Assembly: GCA_043822385.1 (NCBI GenBank) | Contig: JBDRBT010000015.1 | Span: forward strand, 749-64,748 | DNA length: 64,000 nucleotides | Source of the DNA: Candidatus Micrarchaeota archaeon | GTDB taxonomy: Archaea > Micrarchaeota > Micrarchaeia > Norongarragalinales > Norongarragalinaceae | Reading direction: 5' to 3' | Shown: positions 46,319-55,467 of the stretch, piece by piece | How the letters are laid out: the number at the start of each line of letters is the position of its first letter | Position numbering within the stretch: the first letter of the stretch is position 1 | Position numbers and translations under genes: made by a program | Notes under the pieces: generated by a model | What the model saw: only the letters and a program-made list of their open reading frames with translations | What the model was told of the DNA's origin: nothing | Databases searched by the model: none

Positions 46319-47062
46319 TCACCCGTAGTGTTTCCATTCTCCTGAATAATTATAACCCATTAATTTTCCTTGTTTTGCTAACAAAGGTAAAAGGTTTTTT
46401 TCGAAGCTGGTTGTTTTTGAATTAATGTAATTGAATACTTGGGGCTCGCATAAAGCAACTCCTGCATTAACTAAGTTAGTGTCTGTAGCTGTGGGTTTTT
46501 CTTCAAAGTCAATTACTTTAGATCCCATTAATTTAGCTACGCCTAATTCAAGGGGTTTTTTTGCTTCAGCCAGCGCGATGGTGCATGCGCCTTTGTTTTT
46601 GTTATGAAAGTCCTTGAAGTCGTTTAAATCTAGTTCTTCATATGAAACGTCAGCGTAACTCAAAAGAAAGGTTTCTTTCAGCAAGCCTTGTGCTTTTTCT
46701 AGTGCTAGGGCTGTGCCTTTTCCTTCATCCCAAACGTATTCTATTTTTATTCCGTGAAAATTTTTCAGCAAGTCAATGATTTTCTGGCTGTTTGTGCTTA
46801 AAGCAAGTATTACTCGCGTGAAATTGTTTTTTTTCAAGTAGTTTAGTATTTTTTCTAGTGTTGTTAGCCCGCCTTCTTTTTTCAATGCGTTTTCAGGTTT
46901 ACCGCATAATATTAACGCGCTCATTTCTTGTGTTTTACCTAGTGATTTTTCTAGTAGCAGGCTTATTGCTTGAGACCGGTTCCTAATGCTGTTGCTGCCT
47001 ACGGTAGAATCGATTTTTTTCAGGAGTTTGTCGTTGATTGTTATTGTTATTCGTTCAACCAT
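46319..47062 (-). CDS. Ribbon-helix-helix (CopG/NikR-like) domain fused to a nucleotidyltransferase-like domain
   Basis: N-terminal MVERITITINDKLLKKID...NRSQAISLLLEKSL = RHH. The rest has the sugar-NTP transferase fold pattern, but the glycine-rich G-x-G-x-R loop is degenerate (LILCGKPENAL). Confidence 0.55.
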   Translation of the reverse strand: MVERITITINDKLLKKIDSTVGSNSIRNRSQAISLLLEKSLGKTQEMSALILCGKPENALKKEGGLTTLEKILNYLKKNNFTRVILALSTNSQKIIDLLKNFHGIKIEYVWDEGKGTALALEKAQGLLKETFLLSYADVSYEELDLNDFKDFHNKNKGACTIALAEAKKPLELGVAKLMGSKVIDFEEKPTATDTNLVNAGVALCEPQVFNYINSKTTSFEKNLLPLLAKQGKLMGYNYSGEWKHYG

Positions 47063-47152
47063 TCACACCACTTAATAAAAAGTATGAGAAAGTATTACTG
47101 TAAGGTATTTAATTGTTTTTATGCTTATTGTTTTCTGCAAAAGGTGATTTTT

Positions 47153-48478
47153 TTGAGTATTTTCGGCGGTTATGACGTCAGGGGCAAGTGCCCACAGGAA
47201 TTGAATGAAGACGTTGCAAGACGTTTGGGTAAAGCTTTTGCTTTCTTTACTAAAAATATTTCGATAGGTTTCGACAATCGTGACTCAAGCGAGAAGTTAT
47301 TCAACGCGTTTTTAACTGGTTTTGTTGAAAGCAGCGGTAAAGCCGTAAACGTTGGTTTAGTGCCTACGCCTGTTCTTTATTATTCAATAGTAAAACTAGG
47401 CGTTGACGGGGGAGTAATGATTACCGCAAGTCATTTGCCTGCTGAATTCAATGGATTCAAGTTTTTAAAAAACAAAATGCCGCTTTCTTCTCGTGACTTG
47501 AAGGACTTAGAGAAAAACTTCAATGAAAACTACTTTGTTGCGGGAAAAGGCAGCGAATCAAGTGCAAGCGTTGTACCTGCGTATTTGCAACATGTTTTGA
47601 GTTTAGTAAAACCAGTTCGCAAGCTAAAGATTGTTTTAGATACGGGTAATGGTGTGTGCGGTCCTTTAGCTGAAAAACTGTACACTGCACTCGGGTGTGA
47701 AGTAGTTGGATTGTTTTTAGAGCCTGACGCGTCTTTCCCTAACCATAATCCAGATCCGTACAAACTAGAGAACTTGAAGTGGCTGCGTGAAGCAGTGGTG
47801 CGCGAAAAAGCAGATTTAGGTATTGGTTTGGATGCTGACGGAGACCGATGCTTGTTTGTTGATAACAAGGGAAGGCCGGTTGCTGGAGATTACTCTAATG
47901 TTTTGTTTGCTCGTGATTCCTTAAAGAAAAAGCCAGGCGCCAAGATTGTAGGTGATTTCAGGAATTCAATGGTTTTGAGAGAGGAAGTTGCTAAGGTGGG
48001 TGGAGAATTTGTTGAAGCAAAAGCAGGCAGAGTTGCTGCAATAGAAGGCTTGTTTTCTAATAAAGCGGTTTTTTCTTGTGAGGTTACCGGCCACGTTTGT
48101 TTTATTGAAAATAATGGTTTTGATGATGGTTTGTTTGCTGGAGCAAGAATGATCGAACTGCTTTCAAATTCAAGCGCGCCTTTGTCGTTGCTTGTTGACT
48201 CGATTCCCAAGTATTTTTCTGATCCTGAACATAGAATTACTGTTGCAAACAAGAAAGAAATAATTTCTTCAATAAAAAAATCCTTCGAGAAAAAGAAAAT
48301 TAAGTTCAGTGAATTGGATGGGCTTAAGGTGGTTATTGACGGCGCGTGGGGTTTTGCCAGGGTTTCTAACACTGAACCGAAAATTACTTTGCGTTTTGAA
48401 GGTAAAACTAAGGAAAAAATGAATGAAGTAAAACAATTGTTTTCAATAGAATTGAAAAAATACGGAGTCAAGCTTTGA
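47153..48478 (+). CDS. Phosphomannomutase/phosphoglucomutase
   Basis: IFGGYDVRG, TASHLP, LDADGDR. Start set at TTG 47153, preceded by GGTGA. The track ORF start at 46970 is antisense to the neighbouring gene. Confidence 0.8.
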   Translation: MSIFGGYDVRGKCPQELNEDVARRLGKAFAFFTKNISIGFDNRDSSEKLFNAFLTGFVESSGKAVNVGLVPTPVLYYSIVKLGVDGGVMITASHLPAEFNGFKFLKNKMPLSSRDLKDLEKNFNENYFVAGKGSESSASVVPAYLQHVLSLVKPVRKLKIVLDTGNGVCGPLAEKLYTALGCEVVGLFLEPDASFPNHNPDPYKLENLKWLREAVVREKADLGIGLDADGDRCLFVDNKGRPVAGDYSNVLFARDSLKKKPGAKIVGDFRNSMVLREEVAKVGGEFVEAKAGRVAAIEGLFSNKAVFSCEVTGHVCFIENNGFDDGLFAGARMIELLSNSSAPLSLLVDSIPKYFSDPEHRITVANKKEIISSIKKSFEKKKIKFSELDGLKVVIDGAWGFARVSNTEPKITLRFEGKTKEKMNEVKQLFSIELKKYGVKL

Positions 48479-48479
48479 A

Positions 48480-49166
48480 ATGTTTTCAGTAATACTTCCG
48501 ACTTTTAATGAAGAAAACCGAGTGAGTGTTGTTCTCAACGAGTTAGCGTTTGCCTTGAAAAAAAAAGATTGCGACGTAATTATTGTTGACGACAGTACTG
48601 ATTCAACTGTTGACGTAGTTAATTCTTTCAAAAAGCGTTTTAAGAAACTACGCGTTTTGCATTCTAACGAACGCAAGGGTAAGGGTAATGCGATTATTCG
48701 CGGTTTCAAGGCGAGTAAGTCTAGTAAAGCGCTTGTAATGGATGCCGATTCTTCTGTTTCAGTTGAACAAGCCTTGTCTTTGCTTGATTTTTTGAGTGAA
48801 GCGGATGTAGTTATTTCTTCCCGTTACTTAAAGGATTCTTACAGGAGCGTTCCGTTTAACCGCTGGTTTGTTAGTCGTTGTTTTAACTTGCTAGTGCGCT
48901 TGTTGTTTGGTTTGAATTATTTTGATACTCAGTGTGGTTACAAGGCTTTCAACAAGAAGGCAATGCAGATTATTGCTAAAGAATCAGAGTCTAAGGGTTT
49001 TGTTTGGGATGTTGAAATGCTTTTAATTGCGCGCAAGCACGGGTTGCAGGTTAAAGAAGTTCCCGTTGTTTGGAGTCATGTTTCTGGTGGCGCTCCTGAA
49101 GTACACTTGTTTAGAACCGCTTGGAAAATGCTTTCTGACTTATTTTCTCTAAAAAACCGGTTTTAG
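48480..49166 (+). CDS. GT2 glycosyltransferase (dolichyl-phosphate hexose synthase-like)
   Basis: SVILPTFNEE, IIVDDSTDST, MDADSS (DxD) motifs. Confidence 0.8.
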   Translation: MFSVILPTFNEENRVSVVLNELAFALKKKDCDVIIVDDSTDSTVDVVNSFKKRFKKLRVLHSNERKGKGNAIIRGFKASKSSKALVMDADSSVSVEQALSLLDFLSEADVVISSRYLKDSYRSVPFNRWFVSRCFNLLVRLLFGLNYFDTQCGYKAFNKKAMQIIAKESESKGFVWDVEMLLIARKHGLQVKEVPVVWSHVSGGAPEVHLFRTAWKMLSDLFSLKNRF

Positions 49167-49395
49167 AATTATAGTACGCTACTGCAACTAGAATAATTAG
49201 CGTTAAGTATGTTATTGGCGAGTCTAATTTTATTTTTAGTATTAAATTCAAGAAAGCTAACAACAAGGGGGGTATGATTATTGTAAATAATAGTGCAAAG
49301 CCTAGTGCTGTTTGAGTTTCTTTTTGCTTGAAATTAAGATAAAACGCGTAAAATAATCCCGCGAGCAATATTATTGCTAGTAGTAGCTGCACCAT
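49111..49395 (-). CDS. Small membrane protein
   Basis: 94 aa with three hydrophobic helices. Overlaps the 3' end of the GT2 gene on the opposite strand. Confidence 0.3.
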   Translation of the reverse strand: MVQLLLAIILLAGLFYAFYLNFKQKETQTALGFALLFTIIIPPLLLAFLNLILKIKLDSPITYLTLIILVAVAYYNSKTGFLEKISQKAFSKRF

Positions 49396-49432
49396 TGGAA
49401 TAAATTATTTTCTAGTCATTATATTCTTTGTC

Positions 49433-50500
49433 ATGGATGTAGTGATAATTGGTGCTTCAGCTGTCGGAGGTATTACTGCCAAGGAGTGCGCTTCACTTGG
49501 TTTAGAAACAATAATGCTTGAAGAACACAAGATTCCAGGCAAAATGCACAAGTGTTCTGGCGTGGTTTCAACTAAAGGGCTTGATTCGTTGGGTGTTGAT
49601 TACTCGAAAAGCGTTTTGAATGAGATTAATGGCGCGAGAATTCATTTTGGTAAAAACTTTTTCGACGTAAAACGCAAGAATGTTGCATTAGTAATTAACC
49701 GCCAGGCTTTTGATGAAGAATGCGTTCGCGAGGCTGTGGAAGCAGGCGCGTCTTTGAAAACTAGCTTTCGAGCTTCTTCTTTTATTGAAGAAAAAAAAGT
49801 AATTGTTTCAAACGGGGTTGAAGAGTATTGCGCTGACGTAGTTGTTGGTTGCGACGGTGCTTCTTCTTCTACTGCTTCATTGAATGATTTTCCTAGAATT
49901 GATTTGAAGGACTTCGTGTTGTGTTTTGAGGGAGAATTCCCCGGAGTTGATGTGCGCAGCGTTGATGAAGTGGATGTTTTTCTTGACAATAAGGCTTTTC
50001 CAGGTTTTTTTGGTTGGAGCATTCCCGTTAATGACAACACGATTAGGGTTGGTTTTGGTTGCAGTGATTTTACTAAAATTAATTTGTTGAAAAAAAGTTT
50101 TTTGAAGCAACGTGATTTACTTGAAGTAGAACCAGTCAGGGCGTTTCATCACTTAATTCCCTTGAGAACGCGGAGTAAAACGCAGAAAGGAAGAATTTTA
50201 CTAGCTGGCGATGCAGCCGGGCAAGTGAAGAGTACTACTGGGGGTGGAATAGTGTTTGGGGGTAATTGCGGCCGTACTGCAGCTAATTGCGTAAAGCGGT
50301 TTCTTGACGGGGGCTCGTTGAATTACGAGGAAGAATGGCGGCGTAAGTATTTTAGCGCTTTGAGAACGCATGATTTGCTTAGGCGTTTTTTGAATGTTGT
50401 ACCTAGCGAGGTGGCTAGTGTTGGTTTGCGTGCTTCTAGTTTTCTTGGTTTGCCTTGGTTTTTGAGTTCTTTCGGCGACATGGATTCAATAATAAAGTAG
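49433..50500 (+). CDS. Geranylgeranyl reductase family flavoprotein
   Basis: DVVIIGASAVGG FAD dinucleotide motif, VVGCDGASS, LAGDAAGQVKSTTGGGI. Confidence 0.75.
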   Translation: MDVVIIGASAVGGITAKECASLGLETIMLEEHKIPGKMHKCSGVVSTKGLDSLGVDYSKSVLNEINGARIHFGKNFFDVKRKNVALVINRQAFDEECVREAVEAGASLKTSFRASSFIEEKKVIVSNGVEEYCADVVVGCDGASSSTASLNDFPRIDLKDFVLCFEGEFPGVDVRSVDEVDVFLDNKAFPGFFGWSIPVNDNTIRVGFGCSDFTKINLLKKSFLKQRDLLEVEPVRAFHHLIPLRTRSKTQKGRILLAGDAAGQVKSTTGGGIVFGGNCGRTAANCVKRFLDGGSLNYEEEWRRKYFSALRTHDLLRRFLNVVPSEVASVGLRASSFLGLPWFLSSFGDMDSIIK

Positions 50501-50519
50501 TTTAAGCAAGGTTTTTTTC

Positions 50520-50960
50520 ATGCAGAAATCTCCTTTTTTGAGTGTTGATTTAGACGAGTCTGTTTGGCGCAAGGTTGACGGTGAGAAAATGGGTAAGCCA
50601 GGTGTTTTCTGGTGGAGTGTTGACCCTACTAACAAAAAGTTTTCTAGTATTTACCAAGGAATCATTCACGGTGAAGTAATTTCTTATTACGATAACGAGC
50701 GGATTGATGATGTTGTTAATTTAGCGGTTGATACTGGCAGCGGTCACGGCGTTTATAGTTTTGGTTTTTCAAGGAACAACGGCGAGTTAGTTGTTTTCTT
50801 GAATAGCAACAAAAACCCATCTGATGACCGGAAAGTATTCAAGATTATTTTAGAATTGTTGTTTCACTTGCCTGACTTGCAGTTGAAGGGTTCGTTGTCT
50901 GAAAAAATAGTTCAAAAATTGTTTGAAGAAACTGATTCTAAGTTGTGGGATAGAGTTTGA
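50520..50960 (+). CDS. Hypothetical protein
   Basis: 146-aa ORF, no motif recognised. Confidence 0.35.
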   Translation: MQKSPFLSVDLDESVWRKVDGEKMGKPGVFWWSVDPTNKKFSSIYQGIIHGEVISYYDNERIDDVVNLAVDTGSGHGVYSFGFSRNNGELVVFLNSNKNPSDDRKVFKIILELLFHLPDLQLKGSLSEKIVQKLFEETDSKLWDRV

Positions 50961-50963
50961 TTT

Positions 50964-51731
50964 TTACTTGCCTTTGCGCGAGTCTGTTTCGTAAAAGAAG
51001 TTTACTGCGTTGTTGAATTCTTGTTTATTGAATTCAGGCCATAGTTTTTTTGAGAAGTAGAGTTCTGAATAAATTGTTTGCCAAGGCATTAAGCCGGATA
51101 ATCTAGGGCTGTCTCCAGTGCGTATTACTAAATCAGGGGAGTGTTCGTAATACAAGTATTTTTGAAATGCTTCTTCATCCACTTTTTTTATGGTGCCTTT
51201 CTTGTATTCTTCCGCTATTTTGTTTGCTGCATTTACTATTTCTTCTCTCCCGTTGTATGCTAGCGCAATGCTTAATTCTAGTTGAGTGCCGTCTTGAGTT
51301 TTTTCCGCTATTTTATTGATTAATTCTCGCGTACTAGTTGGGAGTAATTGTGTTTTTCCGAAGAACGTTGTTTTAATTCCGTTTTCAACTAGCTCATGAG
51401 TTTTTAGTGTTTGTTTTAGTTTGTTTTCCATTAGTTTAAACAAGATTTTTAGTTCCAAACTGCTTCGCTTAGTTAAGTTGTCGAGTGAGAGCGCCCAGAA
51501 TGTTGCTTTTTTTGCTTCAGTTTCGCCTATCCATTTTATTACTTCCTCTGTTTTTTTGAAGCCTTGAGCGTAACCATTAGTAGTGGTTAACGCATGTTTT
51601 TTAGCGAAACGCCGGTTTCCATCTGGTATGATTGCTAGATAGTCTAGTTTACGCATTTTGTTGTCACCTAAAACTAACGCATTAACGATTTTAAATTCTT
51701 TATTTAAGCCCTTATGCAGAGAAATTCTCAC
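50964..51731 (-). CDS. uppS: Undecaprenyl/di-trans,poly-cis-prenyl diphosphate synthase
   Basis: IIPDGNRRFA, FWALSLDN, RTGDSPRLSG motifs. The true start may be the internal Met at 51656. Confidence 0.85.
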   Translation of the reverse strand: MRISLHKGLNKEFKIVNALVLGDNKMRKLDYLAIIPDGNRRFAKKHALTTTNGYAQGFKKTEEVIKWIGETEAKKATFWALSLDNLTKRSSLELKILFKLMENKLKQTLKTHELVENGIKTTFFGKTQLLPTSTRELINKIAEKTQDGTQLELSIALAYNGREEIVNAANKIAEEYKKGTIKKVDEEAFQKYLYYEHSPDLVIRTGDSPRLSGLMPWQTIYSELYFSKKLWPEFNKQEFNNAVNFFYETDSRKGK

Positions 51732-51793
51732 TTTTGCTTATTTTTAGTCACTTTTTTGTTGGTTTTTAATTGTTGTTTAACTAATCTTTTTAA

Positions 51794-52138
51794 ATGAAAG
51801 TTTTTATTGCCAAGCGTTTGGTTTATGATAACGCTGTTGCTTTGAAGAACAGTTTAGCTAAAGCTAGGGGTTTAATGTTTTCTTCCCGTGTTTTGAGGCC
51901 ATTAGTTTTTTTCTTTAGCAAGCCTTCACGCACTGGCGCCTCAATTCACTCTTTTTTCTGTCCTGAATTTGACGCGATTTTTGTTTCTGAAGATTTTGTT
52001 GTTACTGACGTTTTTAGTAGAGTTAAACCGAACGCGTTTTTTCCTCCCTCGAGGAAAGCTTTGTTTTTAATAGAAACTTTCCCCGGCGACGCTTCGCGAA
52101 AGGGTTTTGTTGAAGGCGTTAAACTCCGTTTTGAGTGA
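51794..52138 (+). CDS. DUF192 family protein
   Basis: 114 aa. ARGLMF motif characteristic of DUF192. Confidence 0.55.
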   Translation: MKVFIAKRLVYDNAVALKNSLAKARGLMFSSRVLRPLVFFFSKPSRTGASIHSFFCPEFDAIFVSEDFVVTDVFSRVKPNAFFPPSRKALFLIETFPGDASRKGFVEGVKLRFE

Positions 52139-52147
52139 GGATTTAGA

Positions 52148-53413
52148 ATGTCTGTTTTAGGTTGGAATAATGGGTTTAGTTTAAGCGAGTTGGATGAAAA
52201 AATTGTTTCTTCTTTTGTTTCTTTTTACGCTGGAACTAGTTTTTCCAAGATAGCGCCTGCATTCAAGGCGTTTTGCGTTGAAAAAAAAGTTTTCTTAACT
52301 AACGAGAAGAGTACTTTTTTGAGTAAATTGCTTGAATTGCATTTCGAGTCTTTAGGCCCTTTGCACGAGTTTATTTCAGATGATGAAATAGAGGAAATAG
52401 CTGTTACTGGCTTGAATGAGACTTTTTTTGTTTTCAAGAGGAAGAAAGGCTGGGTTGAAACTAATTACGCGGTGAATTCGAAAGAGTATTTTATTCACTT
52501 AGTTAACCGGCTGGCTTCATCAAGTGGAAGACGGCTTTCTTTGAAGGAACCAAGGTTGGATTTTTCTTGCAGTTCTTTCAGGGTGCACGCGAGTATTTGG
52601 CCTATTTGCGTGAAGCAAATTGAATTAACTATGCGCAGGATTTCTGCAGAACCTTTTTCTTTAAAGCAACTCGTTGACTTTAACACTCTTGATTCCTTAA
52701 CTGCTGCTTTATTGTCTTTAATTGCGTCTTGTGATTTGACGATAATGCTTGCTGGAAACACAGGTTCAGGCAAGACTACTACTTTGAATTCTTTATTTTC
52801 ATTTGTTCCGCGTAAAGACCGTGTTTTAGTTGTTGAGGATTCCCCTGAAGTTAACTTACCTCACTCTCACGTTGTTAAATTAACGTCTTCAAAGGAATTG
52901 AATGCTTCCTTGAGTTCTCTAGTTAAAGACGGATTGCGCATGCGGCCTGACCGCTTAGTTTTTGGTGAAGTTCGTTCTCGCGAGGACGTTAACGCGTTGT
53001 TTGACTCGTTGTTATCCGGTCAAGCTAAATCGTGTTTTTTTACTTTTCACGCTGAATCAAGCAATGAAGCGATTTCAAGATTGTTGTTTCACGGTGTTTC
53101 AGAAAAAGAATTGAGTGCAATTAAATTGGTTTTAATTCAAAAAAGAATTACTTTCCTGAAGAACGGTAAAAGCGAGGAAAAACGCGTAGTAACTGATTTA
53201 GCTGAAATAGTTGGTTGCGAATCGCGTTCCTTGTTTTCTAACAGCAAGCTTGATTTAAAGAAAGTTTACGCGTCTAACTTGTTTTCTACGTGTTGCCAGA
53301 GTTATTGTGTTAGCAAGCGCGAATTTATTTCTTTACTGCGCGAGCGAGAAAAAAAAATAGTTGCTGGCAGCGAGGATTGGAGTGAGTTTAATGAAGAATG
53401 GCGAATCGATTGA
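52148..53413 (+). CDS. Type II/IV secretion family ATPase (FlaI/CpaF/VirB11-like)
   Basis: Walker A AGNTGSGKTTT, Walker B/Asp box RMRPDRLVFGEVR, His box TFHAES. Confidence 0.8.
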   Translation: MSVLGWNNGFSLSELDEKIVSSFVSFYAGTSFSKIAPAFKAFCVEKKVFLTNEKSTFLSKLLELHFESLGPLHEFISDDEIEEIAVTGLNETFFVFKRKKGWVETNYAVNSKEYFIHLVNRLASSSGRRLSLKEPRLDFSCSSFRVHASIWPICVKQIELTMRRISAEPFSLKQLVDFNTLDSLTAALLSLIASCDLTIMLAGNTGSGKTTTLNSLFSFVPRKDRVLVVEDSPEVNLPHSHVVKLTSSKELNASLSSLVKDGLRMRPDRLVFGEVRSREDVNALFDSLLSGQAKSCFFTFHAESSNEAISRLLFHGVSEKELSAIKLVLIQKRITFLKNGKSEEKRVVTDLAEIVGCESRSLFSNSKLDLKKVYASNLFSTCCQSYCVSKREFISLLREREKKIVAGSEDWSEFNEEWRID

Positions 53414-54092
53414 AGCCTTGTTTTTTGCTTTAGTTGTTTGCGTTAGTGTTTTTTCTAGCTTGTTTTTGTTTCAAGGCTTGCTTTCTGCAGTAGTAGCTTT
53501 GTTTTTTGTTTTACTGCTTTTTTTCTTTTTAGGCAAGAATGGTTTTTTCAGTGGCGAGTCAGAGCGATTGAAGCTTGTTGAAAAAGAAATTCCTTTATTT
53601 ATTGAATTGTTTTCTGCTTCTACTTCATCTTTTGAAGAGCGTTTGCGGGAAGGAACTACTGGTTTCGGCGAGTTATCTGTTGAAGTGAAAAAAGTTTTAT
53701 TAGCCGTAGAAAAGGGAGTTAGTGTGAGTGATGCTTTGAGCGCTTTCGCGCGAAAAAACAATTCAGTGTTTTGCCGAAAGCTGGCTTCAGCACTCGAGTC
53801 TTTTTTCTTTAAGAATGATTGCATTGAATTGAATGCTTTAGGCGAGGCGTACTCGCTGAAAAAATTGAATGATTTGCGTTCTTTTTCTTCAAAAGCAGCT
53901 TTGATTGGGTTAGTGTTTGTTTCAGTTAGTTTAGTTGTGCCAGCGTTGTTTTCTGCGTTTCTTACTATTGGAGCTAGTTTTCTTGAATTAACTTTTTCAG
54001 ACCTTCAAGTGTTGGCTTTGTTTATAGTGGTTTTTCCTGTTGTTGACTACGTTTTGTTGTTTTTCATGTTGAAGCAAGTGCCGGTGTTTTGA
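53391..54092 (+). CDS. TadB/FlaJ-like platform membrane protein (half-size)
   Basis: N-terminal TM helices, ~110-aa cytoplasmic helical domain, 2 C-terminal TM helices. Immediately downstream of, and overlapping, the ATPase gene. Assignment by topology and context only. Confidence 0.45.
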   Translation: MKNGESIEALFFALVVCVSVFSSLFLFQGLLSAVVALFFVLLLFFFLGKNGFFSGESERLKLVEKEIPLFIELFSASTSSFEERLREGTTGFGELSVEVKKVLLAVEKGVSVSDALSAFARKNNSVFCRKLASALESFFFKNDCIELNALGEAYSLKKLNDLRSFSSKAALIGLVFVSVSLVVPALFSAFLTIGASFLELTFSDLQVLALFIVVFPVVDYVLLFFMLKQVPVF

Positions 54093-54691
54093 TTTTGTTT
54101 AATGAAAAAAGGGCTGTCATGGAGAAGCAAGTGCCTGAAGCTCTTTCGCGCATGCAGTCGGTTATTTCTTTCAACGACGTTTTTTCTTGTTGTAATGATT
54201 TAAGCCCGCTTGGTGATGAATTGCTTAAAGTAAAACAAAACTTGGATAAGGGATTGAGTTTAAAACAAGCGTTTTCTTTTTTTCCTAAAACTTCCGCGTC
54301 GTTGAGTGCTTTAGAGCGTTTGATTACTCACTATTATTATTTTGGTAGTGTTGATTTTGGAAAAACTGCTGAGAGACTGCGTTTGTTGGAGAAAACTTTT
54401 TCTGAATCAAGAACGCAGTTAGAGACTTTGAAGTATTCTTTGTTCGGGGGCGTTTTGTTATCTTCAATTCTCTTGGGCGTTATGCAGTTTTTTGCTGCTG
54501 GTTTGACTGAAAATGAAATGATTACCGTTGTTCGTTGGGGCACTAGTGCTTACTTGCTTGCTTTTTCCTTGCTTGCTTCTTTTTTCGTTTCTCGAATAGA
54601 ATTACGGAAGGACTTTTTTATTGTTTACGCGTTGTTTTTAGTAGTCGTGACTCAAGTGTTATTCTTGTTTTTTTCTGTGGGGGGTGTCTAG
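54089..54691 (+). CDS. TadC/FlaJ-like platform membrane protein (half-size)
   Basis: ~100-aa cytoplasmic helical domain followed by 3 TM helices; 4-nt overlap with the preceding gene. Confidence 0.45.
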   Translation: MILFNEKRAVMEKQVPEALSRMQSVISFNDVFSCCNDLSPLGDELLKVKQNLDKGLSLKQAFSFFPKTSASLSALERLITHYYYFGSVDFGKTAERLRLLEKTFSESRTQLETLKYSLFGGVLLSSILLGVMQFFAAGLTENEMITVVRWGTSAYLLAFSLLASFFVSRIELRKDFFIVYALFLVVVTQVLFLFFSVGGV

Positions 54692-54727
54692 AAACTATTT
54701 TAATCATTGCTTGAGTAGTGCTTGTTA

Positions 54728-55456
54728 ATGATGCGAGTTAAAATTACGGAAACAACTAAAGTAAAACTAAAAAATCCTTTAGTAATAGAAGGCTTTCCAG
54801 GTATTGGAATGATCGGCACTATTGCCGCTAGTTTCTTAGCTGAAAAACTTGAAATGAAATTAATTGGTTATTTTTCTTCCCCTGAATTCCCGCCTATTTC
54901 AGCTATTCACGACTTTAAACCTGTTTTTCCAACTAGAATTTACGCTAGCGAAAAATACGATTTAATTGTCTTGTTTTCTGAATTCGTTATTCCTGCTCGA
55001 GCAGTTTACCCCTTAGCAGAAGAAGTATTAGAGTGGAGCAAAGCAAAGAATGCTAGAGTGATTTACTCGCTTGCTGGAATCGCTTTGCAGGAACCCACTA
55101 ATAAACTCCATGCAATTGCTTCTACTAAATTAATTTCTGACGATTTGACTAAGAGTGGTTTTGAATTAGTCAAGGAAGGAGCTACGCAAGGAGTTTCAGG
55201 TATACTGATTGCTAAGTGTGCTGCGCTAGGTTTTCCTGCAGCTAACTTAATGGCTGAAACAAACAAGCCTTTCGATCCTTATGCTTCTTCTAGGTTGCTG
55301 AAGAAAATAGCTGAATTATTGAAGGTTTCTTTAGATACAACTAGTTTAGAAAAACAAGGCAAGGAAATAGAATTGAAAATGAAGGACTCAATGCAAAAAA
55401 TGCAGTCCTTGCATAAAGACTACCAAAACCTTGAGAAAAATCCAATGTACGGGTAA
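54728..55456 (+). CDS. PAC2-family proteasome assembly chaperone
   Basis: LVIEGFPGIGMIGTIAASFL N-terminus typical of archaeal PAC2 (PbaA/B-like) proteins. Confidence 0.7.
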   Translation: MMRVKITETTKVKLKNPLVIEGFPGIGMIGTIAASFLAEKLEMKLIGYFSSPEFPPISAIHDFKPVFPTRIYASEKYDLIVLFSEFVIPARAVYPLAEEVLEWSKAKNARVIYSLAGIALQEPTNKLHAIASTKLISDDLTKSGFELVKEGATQGVSGILIAKCAALGFPAANLMAETNKPFDPYASSRLLKKIAELLKVSLDTTSLEKQGKEIELKMKDSMQKMQSLHKDYQNLEKNPMYG

Positions 55457-55467
55457 GCCGTCTTCCT

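Noticed and set aside
46970-47152. 61-codon upstream extension of the phosphomannomutase ORF
   Set aside because: It runs antisense through the start of the RHH fusion gene and the promoter gap. GGTGA plus TTG at 47153 precedes the conserved FGGYDVRG N-terminus.
47890-48709. Minus-strand ORFs of 193 aa and 88 aa
   Set aside because: They are antisense to the PMM/PGM and GT2 genes, which carry clear catalytic motifs; no motifs of their own.
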